A model generated the notes under the pieces. That model saw only the letters and a program-made list of their open reading frames with translations. It was not told where the DNA came from and ran no database searches. Source: Escherichia coli (GTDB taxonomy: Bacteria; Pseudomonadota; Gammaproteobacteria; Enterobacterales; Enterobacteriaceae). Taken from it: a stretch of 64,000 nucleotides of DNA. The translations under genes and the position numbers were made by a program. Position 1 is the stretch's first letter. The number at the start of each line of letters is the position of its first letter. The stretch is taken from NCBI RefSeq assembly GCF_002854065.1, contig NZ_CP024147.1; one strand, written 5' to 3'. Below are positions 47,358-60,615 of the stretch, one piece after another.

Positions 47358-48122
47358 ATGAAGAATACTAAATTACTGCTGGCGATTGCGACCTCTGCAG
47401 CATTACTGACAGGGTGTCAAAATACCCACGGTATTGATACCAATATGGCTATCAGCTCCGGTTTAAATGCCTATAAAGCAGCAACGTTAAGCGATGCCGA
47501 TGCAAAAGCGATTGCCAATCAGGGCTGTGCCGAAATGGACAGTGGCAATCAAGTCGCAAGTAAATCCAGCAAGTACGGTAAACGTCTGGCAAAAATCGCC
47601 AAAGCATTGGGTAACAATATTAATGGCACGCCGGTCAACTATAAGGTTTATATAACCAGCGACGTCAACGCATGGGCGATGGCGAACGGCTGTGTTCGTG
47701 TCTACAGTGGCCTGATGGACATGATGAATGACAACGAAATTGAAGGTGTTCTGGGCCATGAACTGGGCCACGTCGCGTTGGGTCACTCGCTGGCTGAAAT
47801 GAAAGCTTCTTATGCGATCGTTGCCGCACGCGATGCCATTTCAGCTACCAGCGGTGTGGCTTCCCAGCTTTCCCGCTCACAATTAGGTGATATCGCAGAA
47901 GGCGCTATCAATGCGAAATACTCCCGTGATAAAGAGTCCGAAGCAGATGATTTCTCCTTTGATCTGTTGAAGAAACGTGGCATCAGCACCCAGGGGCTGG
48001 TTGGCAGCTTTGAAAAACTGGCTAGCCTGGATGGCGGTCGCACCCAGTCCATGTTTGACTCTCACCCACCATCAACAGAGCGTGCGCAACACATCCGTGA
48101 TCGTATCGCCTCTGGTAAGTAA
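47358..48122 (+). CDS. ycaL: M48-family metalloprotease lipoprotein YcaL
   Basis: 254 aa from MKNTKLLLAIATSAALLTGC (lipobox); HELGH zinc motif. Confidence 0.85.
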   Translation: MKNTKLLLAIATSAALLTGCQNTHGIDTNMAISSGLNAYKAATLSDADAKAIANQGCAEMDSGNQVASKSSKYGKRLAKIAKALGNNINGTPVNYKVYITSDVNAWAMANGCVRVYSGLMDMMNDNEIEGVLGHELGHVALGHSLAEMKASYAIVAARDAISATSGVASQLSRSQLGDIAEGAINAKYSRDKESEADDFSFDLLKKRGISTQGLVGSFEKLASLDGGRTQSMFDSHPPSTERAQHIRDRIASGK

Positions 48123-48294
48123 ATCATTGTCATCTTTCGGGCTGGTCTTCTGCCAGCCCGCTATAATTGCGCAATAAATCCCCATCTGAATACAGACAAA
48201 ACTGGTTTTTGCACACAACGTTAACGATTTGTGGCGTCGGCGCGTATAATGCGCGCGGTTATGTTAACGGTACGCCTGTTTTAAGGAGATAAAG

Positions 48295-48978
48295 ATGACG
48301 GCAATTGCCCCGGTTATTACCATTGATGGCCCAAGCGGTGCAGGGAAAGGCACCTTGTGTAAGGCTATGGCGGAAGCGTTGCAATGGCATCTGCTGGACT
48401 CGGGTGCAATTTATCGCGTACTGGCACTAGCGGCATTACATCACCATGTTGATGTTGCTTCGGAAGATGCGCTGGTGCCGCTGGCATCCCATCTGGATGT
48501 ACGTTTTGTGTCGACCAATGGCAATCTGGAAGTGATCCTCGAAGGGGAAGATGTCAGCGGCGAAATTCGTACTCAGGAAGTGGCGAATGCTGCTTCACAA
48601 GTCGCGGCATTCCCACGCGTTCGTGAAGCATTATTGCGTCGCCAACGCGCGTTTCGCGAATTACCAGGCCTGATTGCCGATGGCCGCGACATGGGAACGG
48701 TGGTATTCCCTGATGCGCCAGTGAAAATTTTCCTTGACGCCTCCTCGGAAGAACGTGCGCATCGCCGCATGCTACAGTTGCAGGAGAAGGGCTTTAGTGT
48801 TAACTTTGAGCGCCTTTTGGCCGAGATCAAAGAACGCGACGACCGCGATCGTAACCGAGCGGTAGCGCCACTGGTTCCGGCAGCCGATGCTTTAGTGTTG
48901 GATTCCACCACCTTAAGCATTGAGCAAGTGATTGAAAAAGCGCTACAATACGCGCGCCAGAAATTGGCTCTCGCATAA
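48295..48978 (+). CDS. cmk: cytidylate kinase
   Basis: 227 aa, [41 protein letters not shown]... Confidence 0.95.
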
Positions 48979-49088
48979 GCGACCGAATTTGCAGTACCCC
49001 CGTTGCAATGGAATGACAGCGGGTATGTTAAACAACCCCATCCGGCATGGAGCCAGGTGGACGTTAAATATAAACCTGAAGATTAAAC

Positions 49089-50762
49089 ATGACTGAATCT
49101 TTTGCTCAACTCTTTGAAGAGTCCTTAAAAGAAATCGAAACCCGCCCGGGTTCTATCGTTCGTGGCGTTGTTGTTGCTATCGACAAAGATGTAGTACTGG
49201 TTGACGCTGGTCTGAAATCTGAGTCCGCCATCCCGGCTGAGCAGTTCAAAAACGCCCAGGGCGAGCTGGAAATCCAGGTAGGTGACGAAGTTGACGTTGC
49301 TCTGGACGCAGTAGAAGACGGCTTCGGTGAAACTCTGCTGTCCCGTGAGAAAGCTAAACGTCACGAAGCCTGGATCACGCTGGAAAAAGCTTACGAAGAT
49401 GCTGAAACTGTTACCGGTGTTATCAACGGCAAAGTTAAGGGCGGCTTCACTGTTGAGCTGAACGGTATTCGTGCGTTCCTGCCAGGTTCTCTGGTAGACG
49501 TTCGTCCGGTGCGTGACACTCTGCACCTGGAAGGCAAAGAGCTTGAATTTAAAGTAATCAAGCTGGATCAGAAGCGCAACAACGTTGTTGTTTCTCGTCG
49601 TGCCGTTATCGAATCCGAAAACAGCGCAGAGCGCGATCAGCTGCTGGAAAACCTGCAGGAAGGCATGGAAGTTAAAGGTATCGTTAAGAACCTCACTGAC
49701 TACGGTGCATTCGTTGATCTGGGCGGCGTTGACGGCCTGCTGCACATCACTGACATGGCCTGGAAACGCGTTAAGCATCCGAGCGAAATCGTCAACGTGG
49801 GCGACGAAATCACTGTTAAAGTGCTGAAGTTCGACCGCGAACGTACCCGTGTATCCCTGGGCCTGAAACAGCTGGGCGAAGATCCGTGGGTAGCTATCGC
49901 TAAACGTTATCCGGAAGGTACCAAACTGACTGGTCGCGTGACCAACCTGACCGACTACGGCTGCTTCGTTGAAATCGAAGAAGGCGTTGAAGGCCTGGTA
50001 CACGTTTCCGAAATGGATTGGACCAACAAAAACATCCACCCGTCCAAAGTTGTTAACGTTGGCGATGTAGTGGAAGTTATGGTTCTGGATATCGACGAAG
50101 AACGTCGTCGTATCTCCCTGGGTCTGAAACAGTGCAAAGCTAACCCGTGGCAGCAGTTCGCGGAAACCCACAACAAGGGCGACCGTGTTGAAGGTAAAAT
50201 CAAGTCTATCACTGACTTCGGTATCTTCATCGGCCTGGACGGTGGCATCGACGGCCTGGTTCACCTGTCTGACATCTCCTGGAACGTTGCAGGCGAAGAA
50301 GCAGTTCGTGAATACAAAAAAGGTGACGAAATCGCTGCAGTTGTTCTGCAGGTTGACGCAGAACGTGAACGTATCTCCCTGGGCGTTAAACAGCTCGCAG
50401 AAGATCCGTTCAACAACTGGGTTGCTCTGAACAAGAAAGGCGCTATCGTAACCGGTAAAGTAACTGCAGTTGACGCTAAAGGCGCAACCGTAGAACTGGC
50501 TGACGGCGTTGAAGGTTACCTGCGTGCTTCTGAAGCATCCCGTGACCGCGTTGAAGACGCTACCCTGGTTCTGAGCGTTGGCGACGAAGTTGAAGCTAAA
50601 TTCACCGGCGTTGATCGTAAAAATCGCGCAATCAGCCTGTCTGTTCGTGCGAAAGACGAAGCTGACGAGAAAGATGCAATCGCAACTGTTAACAAACAGG
50701 AAGATGCAAACTTCTCCAACAACGCAATGGCTGAAGCTTTCAAAGCAGCTAAAGGCGAGTAA
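49089..50762 (+). CDS. rpsA: 30S ribosomal protein S1
   Basis: 557 aa, [45 protein letters not shown]...; repeated S1 domains. The 379-aa minus-strand ORF 49125..50264 is an antisense artefact. Confidence 0.97.
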
Positions 50763-50921
50763 TTCTCTGACTCTTCGGGATTTTTATTCCGAAGTTTGTT
50801 GAGTTTACTTGACAGATTGCAGGTTTCGTCCTGTAATCAAGCACTAAGGGCGGCTACGGCCGCCCTTAATCAATGCAGCAACAGCAGCCGCTTAATTTGC
50901 CCTTAAGGAACCGGAGGAATC

Positions 50922-51206
50922 ATGACCAAGTCAGAATTGATAGAAAGACTTGCCACCCAGCAATCGCACATTCCCGCCAAGACGGTTGAAGATGCAGTAA
51001 AAGAGATGCTGGAGCATATGGCCTCGACTCTTGCGCAGGGCGAGCGTATTGAAATCCGCGGTTTCGGCAGTTTCTCTTTGCACTACCGCGCACCACGTAC
51101 CGGACGTAATCCGAAGACTGGCGATAAAGTAGAACTGGAAGGAAAATACGTTCCTCACTTTAAACCTGGTAAAGAACTGCGCGATCGCGCCAATATTTAC
51201 GGTTAA
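50922..51206 (+). CDS. ihfB: integration host factor beta subunit
   Basis: 94 aa, [94 protein letters not shown]. Confidence 0.97.
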
Positions 51207-51232
51207 GTTTTTACTCAAACTTGAACGCGAGA

Positions 51233-51258
51233 AAAGCACCTGTCGGGTGCTTTTTTCA
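51233..51258 (+). terminator. ihfB rho-independent terminator
   Basis: AAGCACC-TGTC-GGGTGCTT followed by TTTTTCATTT. Confidence 0.75.
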
Positions 51259-51412
51259 TTTCTCTAATCTGGAACTGGAAGCTGCCTCGCAGAGTTTTGA
51301 GCAGTTTTCACCCTCTCGTTAAATTCTTCTGAATGTGCCTCGGGGAACGCAAAATTCCCACCAGACAACCGCTCAACAAAGTTGCACACTTTCCATAAAC
51401 AGGGAGGGGTGC

Positions 51413-53663
51413 ATGAAAATAACGACAGTCGGCGTATGCATAATTTGCGGAATTTTTCCGTTGCTGATTTTGCCCCAATTGCCTGGGACATTAACCCTTG
51501 CGTCTCTGACCGTCTTCGCCTGCGTACTGGTATTTATCCCTTTTAAAACCGTCCGTTATATCGCGCTGACGTTGCTGTTTTTCGTTTGGGGCATATTAGC
51601 AGCAAAGCAAATTTTGTGGGCAGGAGAAACCTTAACTGGCGCGACGCAGGATGCAATTGTTGAGATCACTGCTACTGACGGTATGACCACTCATTACGGT
51701 CAAATTACTCATCTACAAGGTCGACGTATATTCCCTGCGCCAGGCCTCGTGCTGTATGGCGAATATCTTCCGCAAGCGGTTTGTGCTGGACAACAATGGT
51801 CAATGAAACTCAAAGTTCGTGCCGTTCATGGTCAACTTAATGATGGCGGCTTTGATAGCCAGCGTTATGCCATTGCCCAGCATCAGCCGCTCACCGGCCG
51901 TTTTCTGCGGGCAAGTGTCATTGAACCGAATTGTAGCCTGCGTGCACAGTATCTGGCGTCACTACAAACAACGCTGCAACCCTATATGTCTTGGTTTAGG
52001 TATGGGGGAACGGTTATCCGTCCCTAAAGAAATCAAAAATATCATGCGTGATACTGGAACGGCGCATTTAATGGCGATATCGGGATTGCACATCGCTTTT
52101 GCGGCGTTGCTGGCTGCCGGACTCATTCGCAGTGGACAAATTTTTCTGCCTGGGCGCTGGATCCACTGGCAAATGCCATTAATTGGCGGAATCTGCTGTG
52201 CTGCTTTTTATGCCTGGCTGACGGGAATGCAACCTCCTGCATTGCGTACCGTTGTGGCGCTTGCTACGTGGGGAATGCTTAAGTTAAGTGGGCGACAGTG
52301 GAGTGGCTGGGATGTATGGATATGTTGTCTGGCGGCAATTTTGCTGATGGATCCTGTTGCCATTCTCTCGCAAAGTTTATGGCTCTCTGCCGCTGCGGTC
52401 GCGGCATTGATATTTTGGTATCAGTGGTTTCCCTGTCCTGAGTGGCAACTGCCGCCGGTATTGCGTGCAGTTGTTTCCCTCATTCATTTGCAACTGGGAA
52501 TCACACTTCTGCTTATGCCCGTGCAAATCGTCATATTTCATGGCATTAGTCTGACCTCGTTTATTGCAAATCTATTAGCAATTCCCTTGGTGACATTTAT
52601 CACGGTTCCGTTGATCCTCGCCGCGATGGTTGTGCATTTAAGCGGGCCGTTAATCCTGGAGCAAGGGTTATGGTTTCTTGCCGACCGGTCTTTGGCTTTA
52701 CTTTTCTGGGGGTTAAAGAGTTTGCCAGAAGGGTGGATCAACATTGCTGAACGTTGGCAATGGCTATTATTTTCCCCATGGTTCTTACTGGTGGTATGGC
52801 GATTAAACGCCTGGCGAACGTTGCCAGCAATGTGTGTGGCTGTAGGCTTGCTGATGTGCTGGCCGCTGTGGCAAAAACCTCGACCTGACGAGTGGCAAGT
52901 GTACATGCTTGATGTCGGGCAAGGGCTGGCAATGGTGATAGCCAGAAACGGCAAAGCGATTCTCTATGACACGGGACTGGCCTGGCCCGAAGGGGATAGT
53001 GGGCAACAACTGATTATCCCCTGGCTCCACTGGCATAATCTTGAACCGGAAGGCGTTATTCTGAGCCATGAACATCTGGATCACCGGGGAGGGCTGGATT
53101 CAATATTGCACACATGGCCGATGTTATGGATCAGAAGTCCGTTAAACTGGGAACATCATCAGCCCTGTGTGCGTGGCGAAGCGTGGCAATGGCAAGGATT
53201 GCGTTTCAGTGCGCACTGGCCTTTACAAGGTAGCAACGATAAAGGAAATAACCATTCCTGTGTGGTTAAGGTTGATGACGGGACGAATAGCATTCTTCTA
53301 ACCGGTGATATTGAAGCCCCAGCTGAACAAAAGATGCTAAGCCGTTACTGGCAGCAAGTGCAGGCAACATTGCTTCAGGTACCTCACCATGGCAGTAATA
53401 CCTCATCATCGTTGCCATTAATTCAGCGAGTGAATGGAAAAGTGGCATTCGCATCGGCATCGCGCTATAACGCATGGCGACTGCCCTCTAACAAAGTTAA
53501 GCATCGCTATCAACAGCAAGGTTATACGTGGCTTGATACTCCTCATCAGGGGCAAGTAACGGTCGATTTTTCAGCGCAAGGCTGGCGGATTAGCAGCCTC
53601 AGGGAGCAAATTTTACCTCGTTGGTATCATCAGTGGTTTGGCGTGCCAGTGGATAACAGGTAG
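51413..53663 (+). pseudogene. ycaI: ComEC/Rec2-family competence protein homolog, apparently frameshifted near 51985
   Basis: Two overlapping frames: 51413..52027 (MKITTVGVCIICGIF..., RBS AGGGAGGGG) and 51819..53663 (...LGLGMGERLSVPKEIKNIMRDTGTAHLMAISGLHIAF... with C-terminal metallo-beta-lactamase HEHLDHRGG). Total span is 2251 nt, not a multiple of 3. Confidence 0.6.
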
Positions 53664-53699
53664 AATATGCGGCTATTTCAACAAATGCTGGTTTTTTGA

Positions 53700-55448
53700 A
53701 TGCATAACGACAAAGATCTCTCTACGTGGCAGACATTCCGCCGACTGTGGCCAACCATTGCGCCTTTTAAAGCGGGTCTGATCGTGGCGGGCGTAGCGTT
53801 AATCCTCAACGCAGCCAGCGATACCTTCATGTTATCGCTCCTTAAGCCACTTCTTGATGATGGCTTTGGTAAAACAGATCGCTCCGTGCTGGTGTGGATG
53901 CCGCTGGTGGTGATCGGGCTGATGATTTTGCGTGGTATCACCAGCTATGTCTCCAGCTACTGTATCTCCTGGGTATCAGGAAAGGTGGTAATGACCATGC
54001 GTCGCCGCCTGTTTGGTCACATGATGGGAATGCCGGTTTCATTCTTTGACAAACAGTCAACGGGTACGCTGTTGTCACGTATCACCTACGATTCCGAACA
54101 GGTTGCTTCTTCCTCTTCTGGCGCACTGATTACTGTTGTGCGTGAAGGTGCGTCGATCATCGGCCTGTTCATCATGATGTTCTATTACAGTTGGCAATTG
54201 TCGATCATTTTGATTGTGCTGGCACCGATTGTTTCGATTGCGATTCGCGTAGTATCGAAGCGTTTTCGCAACATCAGTAAAAACATGCAGAACACCATGG
54301 GGCAGGTGACCACCAGCGCTGAACAAATGCTGAAAGGCCATAAAGAAGTATTGATTTTCGGTGGTCAGGAAGTGGAAACGAAACGCTTCGATAAAGTCAG
54401 CAACCGAATGCGTCTTCAGGGGATGAAAATGGTTTCAGCCTCTTCCATCTCTGATCCGATCATTCAGCTGATCGCCTCTTTGGCGCTGGCGTTTGTTCTG
54501 TATGCGGCGAGCTTCCCAAGTGTCATGGATAGCCTGACTGCCGGTACGATTACCGTTGTTTTCTCTTCAATGATTGCACTGATGCGTCCGCTGAAATCGC
54601 TGACTAACGTTAACGCCCAGTTCCAGCGCGGTATGGCGGCTTGTCAGACGCTGTTTACCATTCTGGACAGTGAGCAGGAGAAAGACGAAGGTAAGCGCGT
54701 GATCGAGCGTGCGACTGGCGACGTGGAATTCCGCAATGTCACCTTTACTTATCCGGGACGTGACGTACCCGCCTTGCGTAACATCAACCTGAAAATTCCG
54801 GCAGGGAAGACGGTTGCTCTGGTTGGACGCTCTGGTTCAGGTAAATCAACCATCGCCAGCCTGATCACGCGTTTTTACGATATTGATGAAGGCGAAATCC
54901 TGATGGATGGTCACGATCTGCGCGAGTATACCTTGGCGTCGTTACGTAACCAGGTTGCTCTGGTGTCGCAGAATGTCCATCTGTTTAACGATACGGTTGC
55001 TAACAACATTGCTTACGCACGGACTGAACAGTACAGCCGTGAGCAAATTGAAGAAGCGGCGCGTATGGCCTACGCCATGGACTTCATCAATAAGATGGAT
55101 AACGGTCTCGATACAGTGATTGGTGAAAACGGCGTGCTGCTCTCTGGCGGTCAGCGTCAGCGTATTGCTATCGCTCGAGCCTTGCTGCGTGATAGCCCGA
55201 TTCTGATTCTGGATGAAGCTACCTCGGCTCTGGATACCGAATCCGAACGTGCGATTCAGGCGGCACTGGATGAGTTGCAGAAAAACCGTACCTCTCTGGT
55301 GATTGCCCACCGCTTGTCTACCATTGAAAAGGCAGACGAAATCGTGGTCGTCGAGGATGGTGTCATTGTGGAACGCGGTACGCATAACGATTTGCTTGAG
55401 CACCGCGGCGTTTACGCGCAACTTCACAAAATGCAGTTTGGCCAATGA
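53700..55448 (+). CDS. msbA: lipid A flippase MsbA (ABC exporter)
   Basis: 582 aa, [31 protein letters not shown]...; [25 protein letters not shown]. Confidence 0.96.
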   Translation: MHNDKDLSTWQTFRRLWPTIAPFKAGLIVAGVALILNAASDTFMLSLLKPLLDDGFGKTDRSVLVWMPLVVIGLMILRGITSYVSSYCISWVSGKVVMTMRRRLFGHMMGMPVSFFDKQSTGTLLSRITYDSEQVASSSSGALITVVREGASIIGLFIMMFYYSWQLSIILIVLAPIVSIAIRVVSKRFRNISKNMQNTMGQVTTSAEQMLKGHKEVLIFGGQEVETKRFDKVSNRMRLQGMKMVSASSISDPIIQLIASLALAFVLYAASFPSVMDSLTAGTITVVFSSMIALMRPLKSLTNVNAQFQRGMAACQTLFTILDSEQEKDEGKRVIERATGDVEFRNVTFTYPGRDVPALRNINLKIPAGKTVALVGRSGSGKSTIASLITRFYDIDEGEILMDGHDLREYTLASLRNQVALVSQNVHLFNDTVANNIAYARTEQYSREQIEEAARMAYAMDFINKMDNGLDTVIGENGVLLSGGQRQRIAIARALLRDSPILILDEATSALDTESERAIQAALDELQKNRTSLVIAHRLSTIEKADEIVVVEDGVIVERGTHNDLLEHRGVYAQLHKMQFGQ

Positions 55449-56431
55449 TCGAAAAAATCTGGTCTGGTGAATCCCCTTTGTGGCGGCTATTGCTGCCACT
55501 CTCCTGGTTGTATGGCCTGGTGAGTGGCGCGATCCGTCTTTGCTATAAACTAAAACTGAAGCGCGCCTGGCGTGCCCCCGTACCGGTTGTCGTGGTTGGT
55601 AATCTCACCGCAGGCGGCAACGGAAAAACCCCGGTCGTTGTCTGGCTGGTGGAACAGTTGCAACAGCGCGGTATTCGCGTGGGGGTCGTATCGCGGGGAT
55701 ATGGTGGTAAGGCTGAATCTTATCCGCTGTTATTGTCGGCAGATACCACCACAGCACAGGCGGGTGATGAACCTGTGTTGATTTATCAACGCACTGATGC
55801 GCCTGTTGCGGTTTCTCCCGTTCGTTCTGATGCGGTAAAAGCCATTCTGGCGCAACACCCTGATGTGCAGATCATCGTAACCGACGACGGTTTACAGCAT
55901 TACCGTCTGGCGCGTGATGTGGAAATTGTCGTTATTGATGGTGTGCGTCGCTTTGGCAATGGCTGGTGGTTGCCGGCGGGGCCAATGCGTGAGCGAGCGG
56001 GGCGCTTAAAGTCAGTTGATGCGGTAATCGTCAACGGCGGTGTCCCCCGCAGCGGTGAAATCCCCATGCATCTGCTGCCGGGTCAGGCGGTGAATTTACG
56101 TACCGGTACGCGTTGTGACGTTGCTCAGCTTGAACATGTGGTGGCGATGGCAGGGATTGGGCATCCGCCGCGCTTTTTTGCCACGCTGAAGATGTGCGGC
56201 GTACAACCGGAAAAATGTGTACCGCTGGCCGATCATCAGTCTTTGAACCATGCGGATGTCAGCGCGTTGGTAAGCACCGGGCAAACGCTGGTAATGACTG
56301 AAAAAGATGCGGTGAAATGCCGGGCCTTTGCAGAAGAAAATTGGTGGTATTTGCCCGTTGACGCACAGCTTTCAGGTGATGAACCAGCGAAACTGCTTGC
56401 GCAACTAACCTCGCTGGCTTCTGGCAACTAG
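55445..56431 (+). CDS. lpxK: tetraacyldisaccharide 4'-kinase
   Basis: 328 aa, [28 protein letters not shown]...[12 protein letters not shown]; start overlaps the msbA stop (ATGA). Confidence 0.95.
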   Translation: MIEKIWSGESPLWRLLLPLSWLYGLVSGAIRLCYKLKLKRAWRAPVPVVVVGNLTAGGNGKTPVVVWLVEQLQQRGIRVGVVSRGYGGKAESYPLLLSADTTTAQAGDEPVLIYQRTDAPVAVSPVRSDAVKAILAQHPDVQIIVTDDGLQHYRLARDVEIVVIDGVRRFGNGWWLPAGPMRERAGRLKSVDAVIVNGGVPRSGEIPMHLLPGQAVNLRTGTRCDVAQLEHVVAMAGIGHPPRFFATLKMCGVQPEKCVPLADHQSLNHADVSALVSTGQTLVMTEKDAVKCRAFAEENWWYLPVDAQLSGDEPAKLLAQLTSLASGN

Positions 56432-56467
56432 TTACGCCGCGGCAGCGTTCGATTGATGGAGTCATGA

Positions 56468-57700
56468 ATGTCGCTGCCGCACCTCTCCCTTGCTGATGCG
56501 CGTAATCTTCACCTTGCCGCACAAGGCCTGTTAAACAAACCCCGCCGTCGAGCGTCGTTGGAGGATATTCCGGCAACGATCTCCCGCATGTCCTTGCTGC
56601 AAATCGATACCATCAATATTGTTGCCCGTAGCCCATATCTGGTGCTTTTCAGTCGTCTGGGAAATTATCCTGCCCAGTGGCTGGATGAGTCTCTGGCGCG
56701 TGGCGAATTAATGGAATACTGGGCGCATGAAGCCTGCTTTATGCCACGCAGCGACTTTCGTCTTATTCGCCACCGCATGCTGGCACCTGAAAAAATGGGC
56801 TGGAAATACAAAGACGCCTGGATGCAGGAACATGAGGCGGAAATTGCACAGTTAATTCAGCATATTCATGATAAGGGGCCGGTACGTTCAGCCGATTTTG
56901 AGCATCCTCGTAAAGGTGCAAGCGGCTGGTGGGAATGGAAGCCGCATAAACGGCATCTGGAAGGTTTATTTACTGCCGGAAAGGTGATGGTGATTGAACG
57001 GCGCAACTTCCAGCGCGTTTATGATTTAACCCACCGTGTCATGCCTGACTGGGATGATGAGCGCGATCTCGTTTCGCAAACAGAAGCAGAAATCATCATG
57101 CTGGATAACAGTGCGCGTAGCCTGGGAATATTCCGCGAACAGTGGCTGGCAGATTACTATCGGCTGAAACGTCCGGCACTGGCGGCGTGGCGTGAAGCGA
57201 GGGCTGAACAGCAGCAAATCATTGCTGTGCATGTTGAAAAATTGGGCAATCTTTGGCTGCATGCTGATTTGCTGCCGCTACTCGAGCGAGCGCTGGCCGG
57301 AAAGCTCACTGCAACGCACAGCGCGGTACTTTCGCCTTTTGATCCTGTTGTCTGGGATCGCAAACGCGCAGAGCAGCTTTTTGATTTTAGCTACCGGCTG
57401 GAGTGCTATACCCCAGCGCCGAAACGCCAGTATGGCTATTTTGTTCTGCCGTTATTACATCGTGGGCAATTAGTTGGGCGAATGGATGCCAAAATGCATC
57501 GCCAGACAGGCATCCTTGAAGTTATCTCTCTGTGGTTACAGGAAGGTATTAAACCAACGACAACGCTGCAAAAAGGGTTACGTCAGGCGATTACTGATTT
57601 CGCTAACTGGCAGCAGGCAACGCGGGTGACATTAGGACACTGCCCGCAAGGTCTCTTTACGGATTGCCGCACCGGCTGGGAAATAGACCCCGTCGCATAA
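56468..57700 (+). CDS. ycaQ: winged-helix DNA glycosylase-like protein YcaQ (DUF1006)
   Basis: 410 aa, MSLPHLSLADARNLHLAAQGLLNKPRRRASLEDIPATISRM... Confidence 0.8.
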   Translation: MSLPHLSLADARNLHLAAQGLLNKPRRRASLEDIPATISRMSLLQIDTINIVARSPYLVLFSRLGNYPAQWLDESLARGELMEYWAHEACFMPRSDFRLIRHRMLAPEKMGWKYKDAWMQEHEAEIAQLIQHIHDKGPVRSADFEHPRKGASGWWEWKPHKRHLEGLFTAGKVMVIERRNFQRVYDLTHRVMPDWDDERDLVSQTEAEIIMLDNSARSLGIFREQWLADYYRLKRPALAAWREARAEQQQIIAVHVEKLGNLWLHADLLPLLERALAGKLTATHSAVLSPFDPVVWDRKRAEQLFDFSYRLECYTPAPKRQYGYFVLPLLHRGQLVGRMDAKMHRQTGILEVISLWLQEGIKPTTTLQKGLRQAITDFANWQQATRVTLGHCPQGLFTDCRTGWEIDPVA

Positions 57701-57751
57701 ATGATTATGATAAGATTTATGCATTCATAACCCGATCCATCTGGAGGAACT

Positions 57752-58677
<926 letters not shown>

Positions 58678-58830
58678 TTTCACTTCACGACACTCCAGCC
58701 AATTTTGGGAGGAGTGTCGTACCGTTACGATTTTCCTCAATTTTTCTTTTCAACAATTGATCTCATTCAGGTGACATCTTTTATATTGGCGCTCATTATG
58801 AAAGCAGTAGCTTTTATGAGGGTAATCTGA

Positions 58831-59724
58831 ATGGAACAGCTGCGTGCCGAATTAAGCCATTTACTGGGCGAAAAACTCAGTCGTATTGAGTGCGTCAATG
58901 AAAAAGCGGATACGGCGTTGTGGGCTTTGTATGACAGCCAGGGAAACCCAATGCCGTTAATGGCAAGAAGCTTTAGTACGCCCGGAAAAGCCCGACAACT
59001 GGCATGGAAAACCACCATGCTGGCAAGAAGTGGGACTGTCCGTATGCCGACTATTTATGGTGTGATGACGTATGAAGAACACCCCGGCCCTGATGTCCTG
59101 CTACTGGAGCGGATGCGTGGTGTTTCGGTGGAGGCACCAGCCCGAACACCAGAACGCTGGGAACAGCTCAAAGACCAAATCGTTGAAGCCTTACTGGCCT
59201 GGCACCGTCAGGACAGTCGCGGTTGCGTCGGCGCGGTCGACAATACTCAGGAAAATTTCTGGCCCTCATGGTACCGGCAACATGTTGAAGTGCTATGGAC
59301 CACGCTCAATCAGTTCAATAACACCGGTCTGACGATGCAGGATAAGCGGATCCTGTTTCGCACTCGCGAATGTCTCCCGGCATTATTTGAAGGTTTTAAC
59401 GACAATTGTGTGCTGATTCACGGTAACTTCTGTTTACGCAGCATGCTGAAAGATTCGCGCAGCGATCAGTTACTGGCGATGGTCGGGCCGGGACTAATGC
59501 TTTGGGCACCGCGAGAATACGAACTGTTCCGACTAATGGATAATTCTCTGGCGGAAGATTTGCTCTGGAGTTACCTGCAACGCGCGCCAGTGGCGGAGTC
59601 GTTCATCTGGCGGCGTTGGTTGTATGTGTTATGGGATGAAGTCGCGCAACTGGTTAATACCGGACGATTTAGTCGGCGCAACTTCGATCTGGCATCAAAA
59701 TCACTCTTGCCGTGGCTCGCCTGA
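58831..59724 (+). CDS. ycbJ: kinase-like (APH/ChoK fold) protein YcbJ
   Basis: 297 aa, MEQLRAELSHLLGEKLSRIECVNEKADTALWALYDSQGNPMPLMARSF... Confidence 0.8.
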   Translation: MEQLRAELSHLLGEKLSRIECVNEKADTALWALYDSQGNPMPLMARSFSTPGKARQLAWKTTMLARSGTVRMPTIYGVMTYEEHPGPDVLLLERMRGVSVEAPARTPERWEQLKDQIVEALLAWHRQDSRGCVGAVDNTQENFWPSWYRQHVEVLWTTLNQFNNTGLTMQDKRILFRTRECLPALFEGFNDNCVLIHGNFCLRSMLKDSRSDQLLAMVGPGLMLWAPREYELFRLMDNSLAEDLLWSYLQRAPVAESFIWRRWLYVLWDEVAQLVNTGRFSRRNFDLASKSLLPWLA

Positions 59725-60480
59725 CGGACCTTTCAGCCACTGCCAGATGCGGCCAAGCGTTTCATAGCCAACACGATCGCTATGCATCAGCCAGACCGGA
59801 GAAGGGATTGCCCGTTCCCACGGATTAAGCGGCGAGTCGATGGCCAACTGATTCGCCGGGGCTGGTAGCGGATTTAACCCTTCCTGCTGAAAAAAGATCA
59901 TCGCCCGCGGCAGATGTGATGCGGAGGTCACCAGCAGGAAAGGGGCGTCACCAATCGCCTGTTTCACTGCCGCAGCTTCTTCTTCGGTATCTTTTGGCAA
60001 ATCCAGGGTGATAATTTGCTCGCGCGGTACGCCCAGCGATTGCGCAACTCTGGCACCTACTTCCGCTGTACTCACCGTATTGGTTTTTGCTACGCCTCCC
60101 GTGAAGATCAGTTTTGAACCCGGATTTTCGCGCCATAAACGGATACCCTCATTCAGGCGTGGCAGACTGTTATTGATTAAATTAGAGCTCGGTGCCCACT
60201 GCGGGTTCCAGGTATAACCACCTCCGAGCACCACGATATAGTCCACTTTTTGCGAATTATTCCATGTCGGATAGGTGCTTTCGATGGGACGCAGCAGGCG
60301 GTCGGCTACCGGTTGCAAACTCAATAACAAGAGTGCCAGCCACCCAATGCTAATAAAAATCTTCCCGGTTTTTTGAAAACGGCTAAACCACAGCAGCGCC
60401 AGGCCAGCGCCAATAATTAACAACATCAGCGGAAGTGGCAGCAACATATTGCCAATCACTTTTTTCAGTGTAAAAAGCAT
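59701..60480 (-). CDS. elyC: envelope biogenesis factor ElyC (DUF218)
   Basis: 259 aa, MLFTLKKVIGNMLLPLPLMLLIIGAGLALLWFSRFQKTGK...; convergent with ycbJ and overlapping it by 24 bp. Confidence 0.82.
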   Translation of the reverse strand: MLFTLKKVIGNMLLPLPLMLLIIGAGLALLWFSRFQKTGKIFISIGWLALLLLSLQPVADRLLRPIESTYPTWNNSQKVDYIVVLGGGYTWNPQWAPSSNLINNSLPRLNEGIRLWRENPGSKLIFTGGVAKTNTVSTAEVGARVAQSLGVPREQIITLDLPKDTEEEAAAVKQAIGDAPFLLVTSASHLPRAMIFFQQEGLNPLPAPANQLAIDSPLNPWERAIPSPVWLMHSDRVGYETLGRIWQWLKGPSGEPRQE

Positions 60481-60615
60481 CCTTTCTGGTTCCTTTTTTA
60501 ACCATATAGCAAGGGATCGCCAGCGATATTACACCAGACGGGTTCATTCTCGCCGTGGCTGTGACAAAATAGCGTCTTTATCAGAAAACGTCTTAGCCAA
60601 CCGGTGGAGAAAGCA

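Noticed and set aside
50771-50796. Candidate rpsA terminator hairpin (CTTCGG...CCGAAG)
   Set aside because: The stem is only 6 bp with a 10-nt loop; I could not support a convincing intrinsic terminator from sequence alone.
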